In this document: positions 1 to 16,639 of the stretch, piece after piece | Numbering within the stretch: the first letter of the stretch is position 1 | Layout: each line of letters starts with the position of its first letter | Origin: the human T2T-CHM13v2.0 reference genome, Homo sapiens | Length of the DNA: 64,000 bases | Direction: 5' to 3' (one strand) | Assembly: GCF_009914755.1 (NCBI RefSeq) | Contig: NC_060925.1 | Program-made: the position numbers and the translations under genes | Notes under the pieces: model-generated | Told to the model about the DNA's origin: nothing | Databases searched by the model: none | The model's input: the letters and a program-made list of their open reading frames with translations, nothing else

Positions 1-2160
<2,160 letters not shown>

Positions 2161-2169
2161 TAATATGTG

Positions 2170-2315
2170 AAGTAGGAAATGTGCTGATTTGAGTCTGATA
2201 TACAGAGATCTGTCTAATAGGGATGAGAGAGAGCCCTGGAATCTACAGTATTAGCAAGAATTCCAGGTAATTCTTATGTATGTGCTCCATGTTCCCATCT
2301 TTGAGAAATAATGTT
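2170..2315. mobile_element. Decayed MER5-like hAT-Charlie MITE
   Basis: cctggaatct...ccaggtaattcttatg...tttgagaaa resembles MER5A/B. Confidence 0.4.
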
Positions 2316-3774
2316 TTAGTCCTCTTATTAGATCCAGAGAAAAGGGTCAAGATTATTGTCAAATTACCTTTACACTTACTTTTTATTGCTGCTACCACCA
2401 CCACCAAGAACAACATAGCAAAGAAAAACAAAATAAAACAAAACACACTTAGATTGCTCCAGGGAAGGGAAGCACTAGGAGAAGCAATTTGAGTAGCAGT
2501 GTGGGCATCTTTCTGAGTTCAGGAGAGTATGGCTTCTAATCTTCTCAGCTGGATTTCCCTGGTGGATGAGTGTGGGCAAGCAGCATTCTGAACCATTTCT
2601 TTATCCTTTGCTGCAGTATTTTCTTTATGTTTTGTGGAGAGAAGTTACTGCTTATACTAATTTTTACAGAACTGATGACTGTTTGGAAAGGGCACTGAAG
2701 GCTGGCTTATCTTACCCACTCCTGAGTTTCTGTTAACTATAGCTGTGGTTAACATTAGGGCTATTTGACCTTCGTGACTGTAAATGTCGTAAAGCTATTC
2801 ATACAAGATGTGATATTCTCATAAACAGCTTCTGCAAAAGGAAAGATACATACTTACACAAAGCAGCAGGCTCAACCAGTTGGAGAACTGATAGCAGAAA
2901 AAGACTTTGACTACTTTCCTGTCACTTGGTGTCACTATACAGTCTAAGTATAACAATGTCTTTCAATTTCCAAAGTGCAAAAATTTGACTACCTCACACA
3001 CTGGAAAGAAGATGCAATAAAAAAATTCAAGAAGCACTTGACTTTTTGAGTATCTTGAAGGAGAAACTGAGTCTTGCTCTTTTAAATCTTAACGTGTAGC
3101 TTTAGGCAGAGGGATTGGTAGTAGCTGAGCAGAAACTGGTCTTGGGGAATCCTGGCCTACTGTGGAGTCAGCCACAAGTGCTAGAACATTCATCCAGCTG
3201 TAGTTGATCGTTTGGAGGATGGGTTTCCCACATCCCCAGTGTTATGGGGACAAAAACAAGAAGGCTTTAAAGGTTAGAGTGGGCCACTGGGCACCACTTT
3301 TTGGCCAGCTCAGAAACAGGGCAGTGGATAACTCTCTCCCATGGAAGACGCAAAGCTACTCAGGATGGTGGTGGCAGTTGATCTCTCCACCAGCACTGAG
3401 CCAAGGAAGACTTCTTCTAAAGCTACTTATAAAGTTTGGGCCAGGAGCACGTGGCTAAGATGATTAGATCCTTCACTTCAGTTGCTTCCATAAATGTTGG
3501 ATGGAGGCTAGTGAGAAAAGATATGCCCTTAGTATTAATACTATATTTCATTGTGGAACCTTCATGCTCTATCAGGCATCTGCCCAGGGCCCTGCCTGTT
3601 AGTTTTTCAGTTCAAATTCAGTCACATCCTAGGGGGCAAGCCAGTCCTGGAGTGCTGGGCTAGGACTGGTTTTAAAAACTAGCACTTTATGGATCCAAAA
3701 CCATTGGCCTCCCTGTCTCTTTCAGCATCAGGTTCCTAAGGGATGAGGCAAATTTTCTAATTTTAAAAAATTGT

Positions 3775-4840
3775 CTACTTTTATTCTTATGAAATTAACT
3801 TTCACATAACATGCATTAGTTACCATTTAACCATTTTAAAGGGTTCGATTCACTGGCATTTAGTACATTCACAATGTTTACAACAGTTATCACTATCTAG
3901 TTCCAGAATATTTTCCTCACCCTCAAAGGAGACCCCATACCCAATAAGCAGTCACTCCATTTCCCACCTTCCTACCCTCTCTGGATACCACTAAGCTGAT
4001 TCCTCTGTCTATGAATTTCTCTATTCTGGATATTTTATATAAGTGCAATGATACAATATGTGTTCTTTTGCATCTGGCTTCTTTTACTTAGTATAGAGTT
4101 TTCAAGATTCATTCATGTTATAGCATGTATCAATACATCAACAGTTGATGGACATATGGGTTAGTCACATCTTTTGGTCACTGTGAATAGTGCTGCTGTG
4201 AACATTTGGGTGCAAGTTTTGTCTGAATACCTGTTTTCAGTTCTTTTGGGTGTATACCTAGAAGTGGAATGGTTGGCTCATATAGTAACTTTATGTTTAA
4301 TTTTTTTGAGGAACCACAAACTATTTTCCACAGTGGTTGCACCATTTTACATTCCCAGCAGCAATATAAGGGTTCCAATTTTTCCACATCTTTGTCAAAA
4401 CTTGTTATTTTCCATTTTTTTAAAAATGATAGTATCATCCCAGTGGGTCTAAAGTGGCATTTCATGGAAATTTTGTTTTGCATTTGCTTAGTAACTAATG
4501 ATGTTGAGCACCTTAAATGTACTTTTTGGCTATTAATGTCTTTTTTTGAGAAATATCTATTCAAGTCCTTGGCCCAATTTTTAATTGGATTTTTAAAACT
4601 TTTTGTCATTGACTTGTAAGAGTTCTTTATATATTCTAGATATTAGACTTTTATTAGCTATATAATTTTGAATATTTTCTCTCATTCTGTGATGAAAAAA
4701 GTTTCACATTTTGACAAAGTCTAATTTATTTTTTTCTTTTGTTGTGCATGCTTTTGGTGCTATATCTAAGAAACCGTTACTAAATTCAAGGTACTAAAGA
4801 TTTCCTCCTAAGTTTTCTTTTAAGAGCTTTATCGTTTTTG
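3775..4840 (-). mobile_element. L1MB-type 3' fragment
   Basis: ORF 4178..4609 (NPIKNWAKDLNR, CCWECKMVQPLWK) plus L1MB-type 3'UTR (aagcagtcactcc). Confidence 0.88.
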
Positions 4841-5135
4841 TAAGTTTATTATGGCTGTATTCTTTTTTGTGTGTGGCCATTGAAATCTGTTCTGTCAGCT
4901 AGTGATTTGAGACATTTCCTTAAATACTGAAATGTAGCAGCTTCTTTCTTCATTAAGCATTTCACCGGATGTTGTGCATTGTTTATTAGATTCTAGAGTT
5001 CCAAAGTGATTCAAAAAATGACATCCTTTGATTTTGTGGAGGAATGGAATATTGGAGTTCCTTCTCTGCCGCTTTTGGTGATGACACCTATTCGTACTTT
5101 TCTTTGTTAAACAGGAATTTTTTAAAACATCCTAT

Positions 5136-5612
5136 ATTATGCTGAATAGTGACATTCAAAGATATAAGATTCTAATCCCTGGACCCTGTAAATTTTGCCA
5201 TGTAAGGAAAAAGGGTCTTTCTAGATGTGATTAATGATCTTGACAAGAAAATAATATCCTGAATTATCCAGAAGGACTTTAAATGCCATCACATGCATCC
5301 ATGTAAGAGGACAACAAAGGAAGATTTAAAAGACACACACAGAGGAGAAGGCAATGTATCCACAGAGAAGGATATTGAAGTGATGTGGCCACACTCAAGG
5401 AATGCCAGAGCCACCAGAAGCTGGAGAAGTCAAAATCCAAATTCTTTCTCAGAGATTCCTGAGGCAGTGCTGCTCAGCCATAACCTTGATTTTGACTCAG
5501 TAAAGCTGATTTCAGACTTCTGGCCTCTAGAACTTTGACAGAATACATTTCTGTTGTTTTTAAGATACCAAGTTTGTGGTAAGTTGTTATAGTAGTCCTT
5601 GGAAACTAATAC
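5136..5612 (+). mobile_element. MaLR solo LTR (MLT1B/C-like)
   Basis: gatgtgatta...cagacttctggcctctagaact...aagtttgtggtaa...ggaaactaatac. Confidence 0.85.
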
Positions 5613-5720
5613 TCCTTCCACCATATTACTGGGCTATTTTATTTCATCTATGGCTGCCTGTCAAAGGAAGCTACCTTCAGTGATTTCAAGGTGACTTTTT
5701 GACCTATATGTAATTTACTT

Positions 5721-5803
5721 CACACACACACCCACCCACCCACCCACCCACACACACACACACACACACAGAGTATCAATGTATATATACATATATATAT
5801 ATA
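5721..5803. repeat. Compound (CA)n/(CACC)n/(TA)n microsatellite
   Basis: Directly visible. Confidence 0.95.
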
Positions 5804-6109
5804 GTTGTAACTGGTATGTCCCTTGCAAAATAAGAGAAAAGGAAACAACAAAACCCCAGGAATTTAATCTTTGGCTTGGCTTGTGTTCACTAGGGCATTC
5901 CATTACATACCCTATTTATTTTCCACAAACTAGAAGGAAGATGTAAAATATTTATTTGGCATTCAGCCTCAGTGAAAAGGAGCCCAGCACAAATATGAAA
6001 ACCTCTGCATTTCATAAAGGCAATATATAGAAGAATAATTATAATTCAATGTGATATTATAATAGTATATTAGCAAAAACTCATGGAATCTCAGAAAAGG
6101 GACTTGATT

Positions 6110-6372
6110 ATTAGGGATACTGGACATTACTTCTCGAGGATGTCCCATTAGGTCAAGTCTAAAAGGATGACAGGATTTGCTAGGCAGAGAATGCATAAAT
6201 ATGGAATGTCATGTGCAGGGACACTGAAGTGTGAAATGGTGTGATTTATCTGAGAGATATAATGGGAAGTTTTGTTTGTCTAGAAGTTAGGAGGTAAAGA
6301 AAAATGGGTGAAAATGCTGGAAAAGTAGGTGGGTCCCAAACTGTAAAGGGTCTTGAATGCTCTGATAAAGAG
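6110..6372 (-). mobile_element. L2 fragment
   Basis: L2-like motifs such as ggaaaagtaggtggg...aagggtcttgaatgc. Confidence 0.5.
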
Positions 6373-6374
6373 TA

Positions 6375-6522
6375 GAAAGAGAGCCCTCATCAGCAACTGA
6401 ACAGGGCCAGACCCTGATATTGGTGGGCCTTGCAGCTTTCAGGGCTGTAAGAGAATAAATTTCTATGTTCAAGTCACCCAGTTTATGGTATTTTCTTACA
6501 ACAGCCTGAGCTGACCAATACA
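6375..6522 (+). mobile_element. MLT1A-type LTR, 3' part
   Basis: aataaatttctatgttcaagtcacccagtttatggtatttt...gctgaccaataca. Confidence 0.8.
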
Positions 6523-7444
6523 ATGCTATTGGCTGGTATGTAATACTTAAATATGAAATATTAGTGGCTTTTGACATATTTAAAAGATGAGGGTTGAGTA
6601 TGAATTTTCTGTTTTTTGATGAACATAACTGGATGTTGGGATCCAATGCCTGGAAATCAAAGTAATTACCATTATTGACTCATTTAGTTCCAGAGAGTGA
6701 TGGATGAACATTTGCCATCAGGACTCAATTATTCTTATTATTCACAATCACATATAATTTTGTACTTGGGTTGGGGGCCCAAGGCCAAAAATTTCTCCTT
6801 GAAGGTCAACAAGTCATGTGGGCATTTGTAAATTAAAAAAATAACCACCTGCCATTTTAACAGGATGATTATATACTCTCAAAAAGTTTTGGAGATCATT
6901 TCTACAACAGTGGCGAGAAAAGCAGAAATATATTCAGTAACTTCACCGTTACTGAAGTTTGGGTTTTCTCTATTATACTTGTTATATATAAATGATTGTG
7001 GGAAATACCTATGAAAATGATCATATCAGAATAATTCTCATGGGAGCATGGTTTCTTAATAGAATAAAATATATATCATTAATAATAAAGTATGATTTTG
7101 TATGTTGCTCCTTTTACTAACCAATCTTTACACCAATTTTATTCCTAAAATTTTTTCCCTTTGATATGTCTGCAAAAATTTAGCAGTGGAGTGCCTGGTC
7201 ATTGCTTAGTTATATCTGAAATCATTGACAATATATTATTTTTTATAAACTAACCTTCATTATGGAAATTAGAAACATTTCCATAAGTGAAATTGGGTTG
7301 AACTTAATGAATTTATGTGTCAAAAATAAAAGAATGAAAATATCTTAGTGACTTGTGAAATGTGGTCATTCAAAAAGTGCCGGCTGCCTTTATTCAGTTT
7401 TGGAAGTACCTATACACATGATTATATTCACATGCCTAGATTCT

Positions 7445-7830
7445 CACTATAATTTTCTAGTACTATTGTAACAAATTACTACAAACTTAGAGGCTTAAGC
7501 AATACAAATTTGTTATCTTATAGTTCTGGGGTCCAAAATCTGAAATAGGTCTTAGAGAGCTAAAATCAAGGTGTGAGCGGAGTTGCGATCCTCCTGAAGA
7601 CACTAGGGGAGAATCCATTTTATTGCAATTCCAGCTTCTAGAGGCCATCACATTCCTTGGGTCATGGCTCCATTCCTCCATCTTCAAAGCCAGCTGGTGG
7701 AGTCTTTCTTCTGATGCGTTTCTCTTGTTCTGACCCTTCTGCTTTGTTCTTCTCAATTTGAGGGCCTTTGTGATCACATTGGGCCCGCCCAGATAACCCA
7801 GGATAGTCTTCCCATCTCAAGGTTCTTAGC
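7445..7830 (-). mobile_element. MLT1C/D-type LTR
   Basis: gtaacaaattactacaaacttagaggcttaa...ccagcttctagaggcc...cccatctcaag. Confidence 0.82.
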
Positions 7831-10146
7831 AACAATTCCAGACTTCAGGGAGTTTATAATCTAGTGAGAGACATCAATGCATAAAGATGTTTGCCACCAT
7901 GCATGAGGACTGCTAAGAGGGGCTGTGCAGAACATAAAGAGAGGGCAGAAGGAGTACAATTGACTGACTCTTCTTGGAACTACCCAAGGAAGGCTTTACA
8001 GAAGGGCTAAGTGACCTGGGTCTTTGTGAGGAAGGCAATTGGTCATGCAGAGAATTGGGCCAATGATATTTCAGGCAGATGAAAAATCATAGTCAAGGGC
8101 AGGCAAGTTTGGAAGAGCATGTTGCATGTATTATTTGAATAGGAGCAAAAGAATGTCCCAGGAATGAAAATAGCATTTATTATTTATTCAAAGTCAACAA
8201 ATTAAGAAAGAAGTCATATTTGCACTATCAGTTTCATGTAAATTAATAAATAGAAAACATCCAAATAGTACAAATATATCAAATAGATACAGTAGAACCA
8301 TGGTGGTGTAGAATGGTCACCTTATTCTGCCACTAACTGGCTATGCAAACTTGGGCACATTAATGTCTTAATAAAATAAAAGAGCTAGAATAGATACATT
8401 TTAAAGTTCTTTTTAGCCTAACATTCTATGAAGCAAAACAAACAAGCAAGTGATTCCACAGTTTCTCTTTTTGACTGAGAAATCTGTGAAAGTTAATCAA
8501 ATCATTTAGACTGGCTTATGTGTGTGGAAGCAAACAGATACTCTGTTCATCATTTCCATATGGTCTATTGGTAGCCATCCTGAGGCATTTTGCCTGGAAA
8601 CTTCCCCTTGAAATATTGCAGAGAGTGGAGAATGGAGACGGTGTGTTTCAATCAAACATTTGTTAGAGTGGTTTTCACGTGTGTGAAAAATCTGATTTTT
8701 TCATGTTCTCCATCATCTGCTCTACTTTCATCTGCCTTAAATATCAGTATGCTCTCTCATGGGTTAAGGCTCTGTCAAGTATACTTTATCCCACTTGTAT
8801 TTGCTTTCTGAGTTTTCTTCCCAGGAGTGTGTGAGGTTGGTAGAACAAGTGGTTCTTTGATATTTGGCAGAACTTCACATGTGCCACATTTTCTGAAATC
8901 TTAGCTCTTAGCTGCTCCCCTTCCCTTACCACCTGTGGGCTTGTTGACATTTATTTTTTTGGCTTTTTGAGTATCATACTTTAAACCAAACAATAATTTT
9001 TCACTGAGATTATTGGACAAAGGCTGATGGTCTCACCACTGCCTGTATAGAAGATTATATCCCAAACAGTCATAATGATAGCTTGGGGGACACTTTTAGA
9101 GGAGTTTGGTCTATGAAGAGGATCTGTTTCATTTTTCTTTCACTAAAACACCTCATGTATAAATTAGTGAAAGAAAATTGAGAAATTTATTTGGTGTTAA
9201 TAAACAATAGACTTCAACAGTTACCATTGCAGATCTCATTAGTAATAGAACACATCTTTATTTCTGCAAATGAAGAGGAAGGCTCAGTTTTACATTTTCC
9301 AAAGTTATGTGGCTCCTGTAAATTGACTACTGTTGCAAACCGAGGTAGGCTAATGTAATTACACTTTTTTTTCTTGAATAATTCATAATAGCTGCTGAAA
9401 ATTTTCAGGTAGGTAAGAGTTAACTATTTCCCTAGAGCCTTACTATCATGTCGTAATGAAACATGTCTTAGACCAAACTGGACCACTCAAATAGGTATTT
9501 GTGCTATTGGGCACAAAATACTTCATAGATCCTGTACTGATGAAATTCAGGTTTCTGATATTTTTGGTGCTCTGACAATGCAAGAATGGTTCTCTGAAGG
9601 AAGGCCCAATGACATTTTAGAGGCAAGACTGTTCTCTCACAGTTGATATCAGGCAACCAGAGATCCTTCAACAACTGGAGCCAGGAACATTTACAGGTCA
9701 AGCCACAAACCCTATCTTGAAGGGTTGGGGCTAAAAGTCTCACTAGATTCTTGCGCTTTGCTCATGCAAGGGTAGTAATGCCTCCCAAATATCTTAGCCA
9801 ATCCACATGTCTTGAATACTTTAAATTCGTCACATGGGAATGCATTTCTATTATAACATTCATGTTGCTAACAAGGCATTGATTTCACCAATAAAACCCC
9901 ATTTTTGGATAAGATTTATGCTAATTAATAAAGTATCTACTGATGATCAGTGATACTGGTAACAGAAGCACTTGCAATAGCGACCTCTGGAGTGTGAGCT
10001 TAACGGCATATAACTAGCTGACTTCTTCTGGAACACAAATTCCTGATTGTACCTGGCTTGTAACTCAACCTAATAAATGTGACACCACACTGTCTATGCT
10101 GAAGTCCTTTAAAGAAAATTACAGACAACTACTCAACATTACCTTG

Positions 10147-11466
<1,320 letters not shown>

Positions 11467-11807
11467 TTATGAGTTGCAAGCCATGGGAAAGACAAATAAA
11501 GTAATAAATATATACCTTGCAGAGTTGCCATAAGGATTAGGTTAAATAATGGATAAAAAGGACTTAGTCTAGTTCCAGCACATAGGAGATACTAAGTAAA
11601 AGGTAACTAAAGTTAGCTGTTATGATGATTCATTGAATTTTGAAGCTATACAGATCTTCAGAAATCATTGTGTCTAGCAATTTTCTACCCTTCAGCAGCA
11701 GAACTACCTTCTTATAGTCCCAAATAAAATCTTACTTAGAACTTTATAAAGAACCTCAATTTATAAGAAAAATAACAGCAATAGATAGGTCCCTTTGGTG
11801 GCATAAG

Positions 11808-12200
11808 TTTTTCCTGCTCCTCCTCTTCTTTGCCTTTCTCTTCCTTTTCTTCTTCCTCCTTTCCTCCTCCTTCTCCTCCTCCTCCTTTTTCTTCTTCTTT
11901 CTTGCCCTCCTTTTCCTCTCCTCTTCCTCCTCCTCCCTTCCTGCTTTTTCTTCTTTCTTGCCCTCTTCCTCCCCTTCTTCCTCCTTTCCCTCTTCCTCCT
12001 CTTCTCCCTCCCCTCCCCTTTCTCCTCCTCCTTTTTTTGCCCTCCTTCTTCTTCTCTACCTCCTCCCCCTTTCTTGCCCTTCTCCTCATTCTTTTTTCTC
12101 ATCCTCCTCCTTTTCCTTTTTTCTTACTGTTTTCCTTCTCCCCGTCTTCCTCTTTTCCTCCTTCCCCTTCCCTTTTTCTTCTTCTTGTTCTTGTTTATCC
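11808..12200. repeat. ~390-bp polypyrimidine (CT-rich) low-complexity tract
   Basis: Almost pure C/T on the + strand; source of the spurious R/K/E/G-rich and P/S/F/L-rich ORFs. Confidence 0.95.
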
Positions 12201-12274
12201 TCTAATTCTTATTTTTGCAGACAATGTTTTTGCTGTTTCCACAGCCAATGATCTCTATAGTTTAAAGGCAACCA

Positions 12275-12435
12275 CTTGAAAGCCATGGGTCTAGTGTGAC
12301 CTCTTAGTTTACACTGGAAGAAAAAGAGGTACGGAGAAGTTAGTGACTTCCAAGGTCACACAGCTACTCAATGGAAGAACAGGTACCTGAATTCAGCACT
12401 CCTGATTTCCAGTCCAACTCTTTTCCCTATATTAC
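12275..12435 (-). mobile_element. MIR fragment
   Basis: gagaagttagtgacttccaaggtcacacagct core. Confidence 0.65.
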
Positions 12436-13597
12436 GTTGGAGGTGGGGTAAAGCAGAGTGACCAGAAAGCTGCTAGAGGAATGAGGAATTTTAGATCATT
12501 TAGTTAAGGCAAATATCCTTAATGATAGCAAAAGTAAACGGAGTCTCCCCTCCATAAACTCTGGTCTTGTACATCACAAAAACAGTACTCTGAAGTACAG
12601 AATTTGGCACTTTATCAGCACCACACAAAAGGAATGTTGTTTGTGAAATATACTAGATTAGAAACAGCTTCTCTTCAGCTCAACAGTATTAGAAATTTTG
12701 TTTGAAGCCTGGACTTCTCCACAAAGATTTAGGGTTTTGAATATAGGTTCCAGAAAGCTGTGCTCTGCTGAAAATCTCAGAACACATTGGTAGGAAAAGG
12801 CAAGTGCTTGTAAAGCAGGGCATGGCTCTCTTCTGCTGCCCCAGCAGGCTCAGTGGGACCAGAAATCTTCATTTTCAACTTCCCATTCAACACTGGAGTG
12901 AGAGTTCTTTCTCTACAAGGTGCTCTGAGGTGTTACAGCATATGTTACAGCATAAACTGCTTGCTGAATTATTGTATAAAAACAATTTTAGTTTAGCACA
13001 GCCCTGAAACACAATACTTTTTCCCTTTCAGACTTAAACAAAAAATCAACAGTCCAAAGAAGCAGTCTGGCCCTTGTTTGAAATTAGTGAAGAATACGGT
13101 ACTAGTTTTAAAACCAATGTCACTTATTCTAGGATAAACTATACTTTATTTAATTATTTAATTATTTCTTGAATGAGCTTAAAAGTAAACTCTGAATTGT
13201 ATGTTTTTCATGGTCCTACTCAATGTGATATCTTGGGATGGTACTCTAAGTATACAAGTACAAGTGTGTCTGTTATCTACACAATAGATTTAGTCCACAG
13301 TAAAGACTCACAGTAAAACTGCTTAGCTCAGGTTATCCAAAGGCTCCAATATTTAGGATGAATGTTGAAAATGTCAGCCAAAAACTTCAGCAAGAAAACA
13401 AATGAGGGGTTAATTATCTTATCAAAAGAACTGATTTGTTTAGTAAAAAATGAAGATAAAAAACATCATGTATACAAAACCTACCCCCTTTATTGAGCCA
13501 GCTTTTTATTCTGACTGTATTGCTTGTACACATACAACCGACGAATTACGTGGCAGAGGTGCCTGGTGAGAAATTTGAGACTAGATTTAAAAAATCA

Positions 13598-13891
<294 letters not shown>

Positions 13892-13929
13892 CATTACCTG
13901 TTTATCAATATTGATTTTTCTTAAAGGGC

Positions 13930-14130
13930 AGTTTGGTATAGTTATACAATAGCATAAACATGGGATTTAGTTTAGCTAGACTTGGCTTAGAGTTCTAGCT
14001 TTAGCACTTAGCCTTAGGAACCTAACAACTTCAGGAGAGTTTTCTTATCTACATGATAATACAACATGCCTTACCTAGTTTTTGAGAGATTAAGTAATAT
14101 ACTGATGTAAAAGTATTTGGTGAAATATTA
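13930..14130 (+). mobile_element. MIR fragment
   Basis: agacttggcttagagttctagctttagcactta...gagagattaag. Confidence 0.55.
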
Positions 14131-14659
14131 TAGAAAGTTAGTATTATTTCTCTGATATTTTTCAGATAGATACCCATCCTGATAAGACAATATACTACTT
14201 TGTTAGCCATATTATCTACTTCCAGCAGCTTCTGGCTTCTGTATTTTTTGGTAGAAAATTACTGGCTACTATGACCCGTTACTTCCATCTTGGAATGTTG
14301 AAGGATTGTTTCCCCTATTCCTTATTTGTGAGGTCTGCTTCATGTTTCATGTAGAACTTAGTTCCTGCCTCTTATTTGGAAGGTCTTGATTAATATTCCA
14401 TGGGAAACATTTTACTCATTTAATTATTCTAATACTACAGAGTTTCTTTACTTCTTTTAACTTGGCACAAAAATTTTCACTCACCTGCACCTTGGTTTTG
14501 ACTTTTGAATCTTATCTGTCTCCTCAAACTTTCTGTCTTTTGGCTTTTTTTTCCTGATTGATTTCCTTCATTCTAAGGACAATTCAAGATGCGTATGGAA
14601 CGGGAGAGAGAAATCATCCAAGTAGAGCTATGAAACACTTTATTATAGAAATAAAAACA

Positions 14660-15245
14660 TCAGTGGGAGTTGTTTATAGTAATTCATGTAAGAAAATAAT
14701 TGGTAAGAAGGTATTCATAAAATAGTCAGCTACATAAGTATGTTGACATTATACTGCATAGTAATAAAAAGGAGAAAATGGTACCCAGTGGGTTAGAACC
14801 TAAAATTAAGAATCTATGTTAGAAAAGACACAGATTTGCTAAAGATGAAAGATGAGTTATCCTATATGTAAAGTACCTATGTGAAAATCTGCTGTAAGGT
14901 TGACGCTGTTAAAAATTATAATTCGGATAAAAATGAGAGAACCTTAGAACTACCATTTTGAGATCATATTAAGAGGCTATGTGAACAGAGAGAAAAAAGT
15001 GATTAACGTGCTAATTCAAAATATAAGATTGACATGAGGTTGGATTTTAACAGTCATGAGTACTTCAACTGTCAAGACATATGCTGCAAGTCTTCTTAGG
15101 CTAAATCAAGAGCTTCTAACAAAGAATGTTTAACTTGTGTTGCTGACAGGTTTCATTTCCCAGTAGGTATGAGAATTGACCTGGTTAATGAAACGGTAAT
15201 AATAAGAAATGCATGACAAAGTGACTGTGTCATCTTAGCAGATCT
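14660..15245 (+). mobile_element. CR1/L3 LINE relic, APE endonuclease domain
   Basis: Hand translation: VILYVK (14856-14873); EYFNCQDICCKSS*AKSRASNKECLTCVAD (from 15058); QSDCVIL. These match CR1 motifs VALYVK, GDFNYPDICW, KFLTCLADNF and SDHVIL. Confidence 0.75.
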
Positions 15246-15524
15246 TCGTGAACCAGAATTCTTGGCTCAGAATATAAATTTTAGCCATAGAAGAAGTGAA
15301 TGTTTGAAGACACATTAAATAAGGTAATGCACATAAAACACTTAGTATAAGGTTTTATTTCTTAGAGCTCAATTTATAGCAGTGTATAGGAGAATGTCAG
15401 TTTTCCTTGGTCTTGGACTTTCAACAAAGTATTGTGCATTTAACAAAACAAAACACTTTCCTAGTTTGTTAAATATAAAATATTTTTATTAAATTTAAAT
15501 TTCTTTTATAGTTAATAAAGATAG

Positions 15525-15831
<307 letters not shown>

Positions 15832-16200
15832 AAGATAGACATTTTTTTTTTTTAACGGGTTTATTTGTTTCTTCTTTCTTTACTTCAATTACCTTGAACT
15901 TTACTCCTCTTTCTAATGTTGTGTCTGTATTTTCTAACTGCTTTTTCAAGGACTGTTTATAAATGAGGCTCTAAAATATGTATAAATGTATTTACAAATA
16001 TTTTTCAAAGATTTCCATTTACTTGAAAAGTTTATGTGGTATTTTCTGATGTACAGAAGTTTACATTTTTTAAGTATGCAGTTTTTTTCTTTATGATTTC
16101 TGCCTTTAGTGCCATGCTTAGAAAGGCTTGCCTCCCTCTCTTTTTTTGACGAATATTTTTCTATAGAAGTGTAATGTTTCTGGGTAGTAGAGAAGGCAGA

Positions 16201-16563
16201 TTATATGGTTTGGCTGTGTCCTCACCCAAATTCTGTCTTAAATTGTAGCTCCCATAATCCCCACATGTCATGGGAGGGACCCAGTGGGAAGTAGTTGAAT
16301 TATGGGGCGGGTCTTTCTTGTGCTGTTCTCCTGATAGTGAATAAGTCTCACAAGATCAGATAGTTTTAGGAAGGGGAGTTCCTCTACATAAGCTCTCTTG
16401 CCTACTGACATGTAAGGTGTGAATTTGCTCCTCATTTACCTTCTGCCATCATTGTGAGGCCTCCCCAGCCATGTGGAACTGTGAGTCAATCAAGCCTCTT
16501 TCCTTTATAAATTACCCAGTCTTGGGTATGTCTTCATTAGCAGTGTGAAAACAGACTAATACA
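16201..16563 (+). mobile_element. THE1 (B/C-like) MaLR solo LTR
   Basis: atatggtttggctgtgtcc...agactaataca with exact TSD gcaga (16196-16200 and 16564-16568). Confidence 0.93.
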
Positions 16564-16639
16564 GCAGAGTTTCTCAACTGTCTTTGTTTTTAATATTTTT
16601 GTCAAGGCAAGTGCACTTTGGACTAGAAATATAAAGTAT

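Noticed and set aside
9530-9602. C/D box snoRNA-like arrangement (tgatga...ctga with tcct/agga ends)
   Set aside because: The C box lacks its leading purine, the terminal stem is mis-spaced for a kink-turn, and no guide complementarity was recognised.
11736-12279. Four 97-149 aa ORFs rich in R/K/E/G or P/S/F/L
   Set aside because: Artefacts of a stop-free CT/GA low-complexity tract.
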